Source: Klebsormidium nitens
Taxonomy: Eukaryota; Plantae; Klebsormidiophyceae
Direction: 5' to 3'
Assembly (NCBI GenBank): GCA_000708835.1
Contig: DF237512.1
Location: 1-58,384 of the forward strand
Length of the DNA stretch: 58,384 bases
The notes below the pieces were generated by a model. It did no database searches. It was not told where the DNA came from and was given only the letters and a program-made list of their open reading frames with translations. Of the stretch, positions 35,218 to 45,500 are shown in pieces (position 1 is the stretch's first letter; the number at the start of each line of letters is the position of its first letter). Position numbers and translations under genes: made by a program.

Positions 35218-36338
35218 GATGGCCGCTGGATTAAAACGGCAGCTTGTTCAAGCAGGCCGCTCACAGGTCAAAAAGACATCAATATCTGCAGTACAGAGTG
35301 AGAAGAAACTTGATCGCTCATGCAGCCGTCTGGGGGTTGTGCGCGGGTCCGACCGGCCCGCGGCCGGCTTTGACAAACCCGCCAGGGTTTGAGAGGGTTT
35401 CCGATACTCGGTCGCACGCAGCTAGCCCGCCGCCAGCACGGCCGGCTGCATTGCAGCCGCGCGGCCGCGGGGCCACGCTCGGCGTAGCGCAACTACGGGT
35501 GCTACGCGCATCGATCCATCTCGTCAAAAGTATGCTGGCAAGCATTTTGCTGAACACTGGCTAATGCATGTCCGGATAGTACGTTACGAGTGACTAATAT
35601 TGTAATATCATCGAACGTTGCAATGATGCGGGCAGCTCTAGTGTGTGCACGTCTACGGCGCTCATGACCTCGTGACTGCAACAATCGATGTAGCTTGGAC
35701 CGAGCGTTCTCACGTGTGAATTCATGCATGTGAATCGTACTACAGTCACCGCCCGCATATGCTCAGGTCACGCGATCACCTGATGATTGTCGAGAAGAGC
35801 TGCATGCCCCTTCTTCTCACAGTGGATGCATTTGTCATCAGATGTCTTACGGTTATGGTTATGGTCACATTTCTCATGGTCCTGTCTCGATATCTGTACT
35901 ACAACAGTGTCGATCTCTGGATGTGAGGCATAAGCATCAGACTTGCGTAACGGGTCATGCATGGCGGTTAGCTCTAAGAAACCGAGACGGTCCAAAGATC
36001 CCACATGCAAGATCGAGACCATAGAAGTTACGCAGAGTCGACCATTGCGATACAGTACACATGGCCGTTGCTGAAAGCTTGCTCTGATTCTTAACGCGTC
36101 TTGTCCGGATGCATGCACCAGAACCGTGGGAGAACCCCGAGAATCTTGTTAGAGCGGGACTCTTCTTTTCCAAGAGTGCAAAACTGTCATCTTCGACGCC
36201 CAACGTGTGGTGTCTTGATTTGCAGCCTTCCCGGCCTTTCGACAATAAGTTCTCGCTAAGAGACGGCTGGAACAACGTAAGGACAAGGTTATGAAACGTT
36301 CAACGGGTTCACGGTTCTCCTGCGACCCGTAAAACGTA

Positions 36339-39300
36339 TCAAAGCTTGCTCCGCGTCCCTAGGGAAGTCGACTGCGCCCCACCGTCCCTTTGTATGCGTT
36401 GTTGGAGCAGAAGTCGGACGACGTTCTTCTGCACCTTCCCTGTGGAGGTCACAGGCAGCGGACCGGTCTGTGCGGCAAACACTTTTGGGACCTTGTACCT
36501 GCAGCGCAAGAGACAAGAGTAACTTGAATTGCAGGAAACAGGGCAGCTTTAGGAGCTGGCAGGACTTGTCAGCATATTGCGCTCAGATCGAAGAACAGGA
36601 CATGTGCTGCAAGAGCTCCACGTGCGCTTTCCGGTCAGTATCCTGGAATGATTTGGCGTCATAAGATCTCCCAAGCAACTTTGAAGTAAGGGCCAATGAC
36701 TTTTTTTAGAAGGCGCTACTTTCCGCCCCCATGCAGCCAGCTCGGTACGGAAACAAAATGGTCTCTCTTCGGGACTGCCTTCAGCTAACCAGAAAGATCG
36801 TAAGAACTTACGCGCGGACATGAATCGGCCGCTTCGTATTCAGCGGTTCCGACACCTCAGAGGCGGAGCGAAACTCGTCACACGAATTGAGTGGTGAAGA
36901 AAGAGACGACAGCCGCGAAACAAACGACACCAAGTGGGCTCTCCGACAATCCCTTGCGCCACACAACGAATCGAGCAGATCCTGTATTCGCCATACATTA
37001 CGTTTGCCGCTTTTCCAGGCACTTCCTGTTTCCACTGATTTCTCCCTCACCGTGTGAGGCCCCGTTGGTGGCAGTGCCGCCGCATCTTCGCTGCATCCAA
37101 ATGGTGAACCTGGCCGTCAACAGGGCCTCCCCAAGTCCAGCCGTCCATGAGAACTAGGAGCGCGGCCACTTGCTCGCCCAAGCGCGCGTCGGGTAAGCCC
37201 GCAACGGCGGCCGCGGCAACTCCGGGGTGCTGGATAAGAATCGTCTCCACCTATATACGTAACGACACATGAAAGGATAGCTGCATTTTTGCGTTGGTGT
37301 CCCGTTAACGTCTGGCTCTCTTCTGTCTTGAGGAGATAGTTATGCGAGTCAGACGGAGAATACCGATAAGCCTAATTCTTTTGTGTTCGATTATCAGGTA
37401 AGCAAAGCAGACAAGAGCAGCCGGGCTGGGTAAGGTTTCGCTGAACTAAAGTCCTGGGCTGGCAATCACGAAGCACGGACTATGATATTGAAAAGAAACA
37501 ACCCTGGCAGCAATAATCAAGTCAGGAGACCGTGCCGTCCGATGACCAGAAGCTTGAAAGAGTCGAAAAACGAAAAGGAAACAAAGGTTGAAAAGCGGCG
37601 CCGAAAATGAAGGAGCAGACAGAGAAGAAAGCGGAAAAAGATAAAGAGCGAGAGAAGAGGAGGTGAAAGAAAAGCAACCGGTGGTACCTCGGCTGCGTGC
37701 ACGTTTTCCCCGCCCGTCTTGACCATGTCCTTTTCCCTGCCGCACAGCCATAACCGGCCCCGGTTATCGATATAACCCACGTCCCCCGTGCTAAACCAGC
37801 CGTCTTTACTGAGCACGTTTGCGGTCTCCTCAGGCTGGTTCCAGTAACCCGAAAAGACGTTCGGCCCCCGGACCTGGATCACCCCTTCTCGAAAGGGGGG
37901 GTCGAAATGCGCCCCTTCTAAGCCCCCCATTCTGGAACCGAACTCCGTTGCTTGCAAAGGTGACTTCGGCTCCCGCTGGGGCAAAATCCCAGCGGTTGCG
38001 GTTGTCCGTTTCGTTGCTGCTCCGGAGAAATCGCTATCAGTGTTTCCTAATCCCGACTGCGAGCAACTCGGCGCTTCTTTCCTGATCTCGTTGGAATCGG
38101 CACCGTTTTCTAGCGGTTTCACCAACCCATTACCGGCGGTGATTACTCTGATTTCGAGGTGAGGGGCGGGCCTCCCGACACAGACAGCCCAACTTCCGCT
38201 GAACGTTGACGCTGCGTCATTAGGTCGGTCCGGCTCAACGGTAATCCATCGAGGGAGGGCGGGCTCTTGACGCTGGGGCTCACGAACAATATCGAACGTG
38301 ATGGAGGAACATGCTTCTGTCATGCCTGCAGAGAACGAGATAACTTCCTGAGAAGCTGGCGTAAGGAAGAAAGCTCTCGCTGCGCTCTGTTCTCGAAGTG
38401 ACGCGGACTCCGTACGGCATCGGCGATCAAAGGCGAATATTGTCGGACGAAAACGGCTTTGGTTCGAGAAGTCTTATTCCGTGCCTACATCCCAAAGTCC
38501 GAGGCCCTAGCAAGCATTCTGCACGAGACGTAGACAGAATGACGAAACAGAACCCTTTCCTCTAGCGACCTTTGAGGATCACCGTCACAGGTTCAAGACA
38601 AGCCTAGCATCAAGGTAAGCACTCAATGAGATTCAGACCTGAAGAAGGAACGCAACAGCACATAGTTGTGCCAACAGTGTAAGGCACGTGCTCTCACCAT
38701 ACGCAGTTGCAATGACCGCATTCGGGAAGAGGCGCGCCACGTCTGGCGCCATGCGCCCCAGTCCCCCTCCCCCCACAAGAAGCGTCCGAATACCCCAAAA
38801 CGGCGTCCGGATCCCTTCCCAATTCTCGCTGACGTCACCGACCGCCTGGATGATGTCAGCGAGCATGGCGGGGACGGCGATGAAGGTGGTCACGTGGTGC
38901 GCCTGGACGGCTGCGATCGCTTCGTCGACACGCCAGCGCGGCAGGAACACGTGGGTCGCCCCGGCCATGAGCATGCCGAGCGCGGAGCTGAGGCCGCCGA
39001 TGTGACACAAAGGGGCCGCGTGGAGGTACACCTGCGGTGAAGGACGGCTTGGTGTCAAGAACGATCGCGAAGTGTCAAAGCGCAGTCGCTATGGGTCTTC
39101 GCCAGATCAAGAAGCGGGCGGCAGGTGTAACGGAGTCGTTGGTTGGCGATGCGAGTTCAATCTCAATCTTACAGCAAGATGAGTTCCTTGAACGTACGAG
39201 TTACGATCCCAGGCCGTCCGCCCGAACCGGAAGCGAGACTGCAGTAGGAGCCGAACTCCGGCACTTGCGAGACCTCGACTTCCTTTCTGCGCACACGTCT

Positions 39301-41207
39301 TCTCTGTGAAATAAACCAAGTACATCCCGAGGCCTCCGATCCAACGAAACAGAGTGTCCTTGACCCTGGAACATCTTGGTTCAATGTTAACGGCGTCTTT
39401 GACCGTTTTATCTAGCTAGGGGATTAATTTGAGAAAGTAGAGAAGGCTTCTCAAGAAAAGGGAGACGGGTGCTTACATCCCGGTCGGAGTACCCGACTCC
39501 AGCAATCTTGGCCAGGGACTGCGTTACCAGGGCCGTGTGGCTCAGCACCGCTGCCTTGGGAGCGCCGGTGGTCCCTGCCAATCACGAAGCAGAATGATAT
39601 CGGCGAAAGAGAGTTTTTATATTGTTTGTTCGACACGGATTTTGAGAAGACACAACGCCCCACGTTTCAGTAACGCGGAGGTTGAAGGGTCCTACGGTTG
39701 AATGCCTCGAAGCAGGTCTGGCCCCCAAACTTGACTGTGGTAATCTCCGAGTCAAGAAACTTCCTCTATAGGAATGATTCAAACCAACGGGGCAAATTCC
39801 GGACAGAACTCAAAGGGCAAGGCCGGATGTTGCAAGTTCGACGTGGTCTGCTGGGAAGCTGCGCTGTCAAGATTGTTTAAGGAAAGCCACCGAAAGCAAC
39901 CGGAGGAAAACGGCTCCTCCAATAATTTGTGCCAGAGACGTCTTCGTTCCAAATGCATATGGCTGCGGATCTGCCAAAGAATGGCCTGAAAGTGAACGAA
40001 GCTAGTGCAGACCGGTTCGAAGCACTGCAATAATATCAGAGCAAGATCACGTTCACTTTGCTTACACAGATCACGCAAATGGGCGGAAGAAACAACGACA
40101 AGAAGGGCAACGACGCACCAGAAGTGAAGCAGATGAGAGCGACTTCTCCTGGCGCCGTCACCAAGTTTAACTCCGGGACGTTGAACCCCATGCGTTCACG
40201 ATCCACGGAACTGTCCCTTGCACTTTGCCTCTCCTGGCTGAGATGTGACTCGAGCACCGTATCCCGTGAAATGTTCGGCGGAGAAAGCGTTTGGACTCCT
40301 CGGCAATCCATTGCAACAACTTCACAATCCTTTCGAACACTTTCAAATTCGATCCGTGCACTTCTAAGCTCCGTGCTGAATGTTTCCCGTTCCAATCGGA
40401 CAGCCTTCCCCTCCGTTCGGACACCCCTGTAATCCGTCCGGACACCTTCGGGATTCGTTCGGACGCCTTGGGAGTCCGGTTGAAAGTCCTGGAAACCCGT
40501 TCGGAAGCTGGGAGTCTCCATTCGAACAGCGGCTCTCACGGACGGGCACCGTTCCCTCAGGTGCTCCCACCAGCCCCAACAGAATTCGTCGAGCACAAGC
40601 AGGCTGGCCTCAATCCTGTTGATGGCTTCGGCGGCCTCGCTTATGCTCTGCCAGGAGAAGAGATTTGCTGTCAGCGCGAAAAGCGTAATCACTCTTTCGT
40701 CTGATAGACCTCAGATTTGCTTTCCTAGGAGTACGACAATGTATTTTCTGGCCACTGGTGGCGGGCAAAATCTGGCACTTCACATACGAACGTTACATAC
40801 TAACACCAACGAAGAGCGGATATGGCAACAATGAACCACGTTTCTCAAGAAGAGATTGGACTTAGTAGAATTACTATGAAGCACAGAGGGTCTTTGATTG
40901 GAATCCTCACCCATCTGTGGTTCAGTGGTGCAACAATTGCCCCTGCGCACGGGACTGCCAGCAGCCACTCCAGGTAATAGTCACTGTTCAACCCCGCCAG
41001 AGCCACTCTGTCGCCAGCAGCCACCCCGGAGCTGCTGAGGTCAGCGCTGAGCTCAGCAATCCTGCCGAACAACTGGCGCCCGGTGCGCTTTCTGTCGCCA
41101 TGGATCGTGACCACAGACGTCCCCCGCCTCTGCGAAAGGGCACCCAGGCAGTGGCCGATGTGCGCGCCTCCCATCGCTGGTGGGAACAGGAGCGATGACC
41201 TCAGCAT
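36339..41207 (-). CDS. AAE14: o-succinylbenzoate-CoA ligase (MenE / acyl-activating enzyme 14), 7 exons, C-terminal PTS1 -SKL
   Basis: Exons read HIGHCLGAL...NSDYYLEWLLAV..GAIVAPLNHRW; ALICFTSG|TTGAPK; YLHAAPLCHIGG; AYG|MTEACSS; GWFSTGDVG...GREKDMVKTGGENV; YKVPK...STGKVQK...SKL*. Start is 41207 or 41174. Confidence 0.9.
40290..40510 (-). repeat. In-frame degenerate 21-bp (heptapeptide) repeat inside AAE14 exon 2
   Basis: Translates GVRTNPE GVRTDYR GVRTEGK AVRLERE TFSTELR SARIEFE SVRKDCE VVAMDCR GVQT. Confidence 0.7.
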
Positions 41208-41620
41208 GGGTCGTCCGCAAGGAATGATAACATCATCATGGGGAGTTTTAGATGCCTACTGTATAGCGCTGAAGCGGGTACAGAGGTCTGAGCATCGGAC
41301 GGAGGAAAACTGCAAATCGGGTGCAGATGTGCGTTGATCAGGCTCGGACAACGTCTGTTGAGTAAGACATCAGAAAGGAATCTCCGAATGACAGAAGGTT
41401 TGAGATTGAGGGTAGTGATCCGTCTATCACATCTGCAGTGCTAGATGAGGGAAGAATGGTAGTATCTAGAGCTTGACAAAATGAAGTGGTGTAGTGCCAC
41501 CATCAGTATGACTCATAAGAAGTGGCACGCCGCCGGAATAACAACCTTTTACTGGGGTCGACGTGAGAATCTGTCTCACCTGGACCCTGTTGTTCGAAGC
41601 ACGCATTTGTTGAGTAGAAA

Positions 41621-41977
41621 TCACTCTTTCCTGGACTTCCGCTTCCAGTAATACGGCGTCATTTCCTGCCTTTCCTCAATGCTGCCACTTGCAATTGAAT
41701 CTTCTACTGGGTCCCACTTCCTCCATGTTGCATCCTTCTTGTCCTGAGAACAAGGCTTTCTCACAGACGACAAATTTGAAGGACAGCATGCCCCTATCCT
41801 TTCGAAGTTGCGCTGCGCCTCCTGCAATGAGACCGTGTTTGCCCCGACGCGATCAGTGGCATTTGTCAGCTGGTACAAGTCGTCCTCCCAGAAGCAAATG
41901 GGACAGATTTCAAAGGTGCCACCTGCACCAGAGAAGACCTCGTATCCGCAGCAAGGGCAGGGATGCAGCCGCTGCAT
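41621..41977 (-). CDS. Cysteine-rich CPCC domain protein (bacterial-type), coding region intronless
   Basis: CPCCGY...FEICPICFWEDD...GANTVSLQEAQRNFERIGAC matches the Cys_rich_CPCC family pattern. Confidence 0.85.
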   Translation of the reverse strand: MQRLHPCPCCGYEVFSGAGGTFEICPICFWEDDLYQLTNATDRVGANTVSLQEAQRNFERIGACCPSNLSSVRKPCSQDKKDATWRKWDPVEDSIASGSIEERQEMTPYYWKRKSRKE

Positions 41978-42547
41978 TTCTGAAATTTAATGAACTTTAA
42001 GATTACCTAGGTAGCGAAGCCAACCACAGCTAGCTGGACCTTCGCGCGCAAAACCATCACAGCATCTTTCACTGACGTCACAAGATCAGACAAGCACCCG
42101 GGTGACAGGTGGGGTTAGCTGGGGGGTTTGAATGGACCAAGGCGCGCGGGCAGAGCGCTTCGTGTTTTCGGTTGGAGTTTTTAGTATACTTAGGTACCCG
42201 GGGCTCTTAGTCCTGCCATGTCTAGGCCGTCGGATCACCGGTATCTACTTTATCATTCTTATTGGCCGTTGAATGTTAAAATCTACGAAAAGTGCTTGAT
42301 GTGAGCCGTCCGATGTAGAGCTGGCCTGAGCCCGCAGCGAGTCTCCACAGTGCTGATCCGGTTTGCAGTGTGCAGACTTCAGGACTCGGGAGCAGTGTGC
42401 AGTGTGCAGCGTGCGCACAGTCACTTGCAGTGATCGAGCTTTGGGCCAACTTCAAGTTCGAGTTCATTCCAAGTTGCAGAAAGATCAAGAAATTGCCACT
42501 GCCGCAGCCCCTCTTTGTTATTGGCTGCGCTGAGGAAGCTATTTGCA

Positions 42548-45500
42548 ATGGCGAAAAAGGCGAAGGCAGCTCCGGTAGGTCAACGGTTCCTCCCTTCTTT
42601 GTGGTGCTGCTTGGTTGTTTCATCTTTTTTTAAAGATTCGCCACTGCTTAGTTTGTGGGGCTGTGTAAGCCCTTTTTTAAAATTAAAGGACACAACGCTG
42701 TGCAAGAGTGAGTTGCAATTGTTGGGATTAGTCTTCATCTTTTTCTTTTGGTGTAGAATCTTTGTGAAAAGAAGTGGTAATGGCGGCGCTTCTTCTATTT
42801 GTGGCCAACTTTTGCACCACCCATCCATCGGCTTCTTAAAGAAGATTTCAATGTATCGAGGCAATGCACATTCCCATGTCGCCCTGATCTTTCTTTGTCG
42901 GTTCAGATTTACACCGCAAGTGACAAGCTGTAAATAATCCACATTAATGATTGTGATGGTGGTGCAGTATGTACTCACACTAATGCATGGTAATTCTTCA
43001 TATTTGTTGTGCTTCTCAGTTGACTGCTTCTCAGAAATCCGGTAATGGTGGTTGCCCCGCCAGCATTGGTCCCTTGCTGCAGGATGGTTCAAGTGGTTTT
43101 GCTGAGGGCTTCAATGTGATTGCCTGCTTGTTGACGATATTATTGAAGCATGCAAGCACCCCCCAGCTGGAACATATATGTCACATCAATTCCAACGGCT
43201 CATTATGTGTCTTGCAGGCTGCGGTTGCGGTGGCTGCGCCTCCCAAGAAGGGCAACAAGCGGCCGGCAGAGGAAGCCAGTAACGGCAAGGCGGCCAAGAA
43301 GAAGAAAGCCGAGAAGGCGCCCCCGGTGCCCCCTCCTTCATCAGAGGAAGAAGACTCCGATGAAGAGGTGCGCTGCATTACCAGCATATTCCTGAGGAAC
43401 TGCCGCAACAAATTCTGATCGGTTTCCCTCACATGACGAGCTTTGTGTCGTAGTCAAAGTGATCCATTCTGTCGCCTGTGCATTACCTGTTGAGATGCAT
43501 AGGTAATAATGTACGGTGTTTTGTCTCCTCTTCCTCCTGTGTCTGGCTTTGTAGGTGCAGATGCTACTCATTGTTGGTAGATTGCATTTCGTGGCTGTTG
43601 GCCTTTTTTGAGGCCAATGATTGTGGATGACCACTTCGGCCTTTTCCATCAGGAGCCTATTTTGCGGGCTGGGACTAGTACTGCGCTCTTGGAACATTGT
43701 CTCTGGTAATGGTTCAGCCGTTAGGGTTCTCTTGGTAATGCTTTCATCCTGTCTCGCTCCCCAAGTCCCACTTCCGTCACACCAAGCTTTTCATAGGGCA
43801 AGAGAAGGGGCGGTTTAGGGTTTTGATGGTAATGGTTGTAAACTAGGGTTCTGTATCAAAGTCAGGGGCAATGCTGATTTCCGATCCTCTCGTTGTCAGG
43901 AGGAGGTTGTGCCTGTGAAGAAGGCTCCCGCGGCCAAGGCCAAGGCTCCTGCCAAGAAGGAAGAGAGCAGTGACGAGGACGATGAGTCTGAAGAGGAGGA
44001 GCCAAAGAAGGTATCTTACCAAACCTTTAGAAAGGTTATGAAACACATTTGCATGCACCTCCCTCTGATTTCGTGCACCCTTTGTGCATCGCAGTGTGCT
44101 ATTTGTCACGAGCGCAAAAGTTTCGTTACTGATTCTAGTGGTGTACCACTCTGTTAATGTACAACCATTGAAAATAGGGCAGTTGCAAGGGCCTAGGAAA
44201 GGTGGTCAAGTTGTTGAAACTTCTAGGGGTCCCATGGAATTGGTGGTTGACATTATTTGCTTTCAATAGTTCCTTCCATATGAAGTTCTCTTGAGCAGAC
44301 TTTGAAAGAATTCTTACAAATTCTTTTTGCAAAGCTCCGAAGCGTTTGTATTGCTCTGGACAAGGTCTTTTCTTGAGAAATTTAAAAGAATACACTGCAC
44401 CACTTAATACAATAATCCACTTGTCTGATGCATTCCACCATCGAAGTCAAAACATGCAATTCAAAACGTGCAGTAGAAGGCAAAGAGGATTTTAGAATCT
44501 TTTGATTGCGTGCTTCTGACCGCTCCTTCCAACTCATCGCCTTTCTGTTTCTTCCAGCCTGCCGCTAAGGCTGCTGCCAAGCCTGCCGCCAAGCCGGCTG
44601 CTAAGGCTACCCCCATGGAAGTTGATGAGGACTCCGACGAAGACAGCGATGAAGACGAGGAAGAAGCTCCCAAGCCGGCCGCGAAGAAGCCGGTAGCAAA
44701 GAAGGTTGAAGAAGAGAGCGACGATGAGGACGATAGCGACGATGAAGAGGAGGAGGAGAAACCGGCGAAGGGAGCCCCTGCGAAAGCGGCGATTGCGAGG
44801 GCCGCTGCGAAGAAGGTAGAGGAGGACGAGGATGAGAGCGACGAGGAGAGTGACGAGAAGCCGAAGGCAGCGGCGGCGGCCGCGAAGAAGCCGGCGGCGA
44901 AGAAGGACGAGGAGAGCGATGAGGACGATGATGAGGACAGCGACGAGGAGGAGGAGGTGAGGTATCCTTGTGCGCGCTGGTGTAAATGTTCGCTTTCAAT
45001 TGATCTGCATTTTATTAGCTGGAATAGGTGGGGGCGAAGCGATGAAAGGTGCCAGTAGAGAACTGAGATTCTTCTTTTCTCTGAACGGTGTTACTTTTTT
45101 GTAGTGATAAGATGGTGGTATAGCTCGGGTTTTTCTCTAGTTTCCTGCTGCTCGACAGTTCGGGAATGCTTTGCGATAGAAACAAGAAGTGCTCCTTCTT
45201 TCCAGTATCACGTTTGCTTATCACTGATTGAGGTGGTCAGGCCTGCAATTTCGTCTCTACTTCAGATCTAAGGGGCTGCAATGATGACACACTATCCGCG
45301 CTTCCGAGGCTCACGCCCCTGAAGATAAGGATTATTGGTTGAATTTCTTCGTCTGAGCAACGCCCCTTCGTTTGTGAAGAAGAGCAGTTTTTTATGGTAT
45401 CCTTTTGACACACAGCTAACAAGGCTAGGCCCAAATGACTTTTGCAGCATTCTGTGGTCAGACATCTGCAGAGCTGCTCTGAAGGTGTTGAGATGGAGTT

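Noticed and set aside
43033-43040. Possible micro-exon (cag|AAATCCG|gtaatg) in nucleolin intron 1
   Set aside because: Its 7-nt length would break the frame between two phase-0 junctions; it is better explained by the GGTAATG motif.
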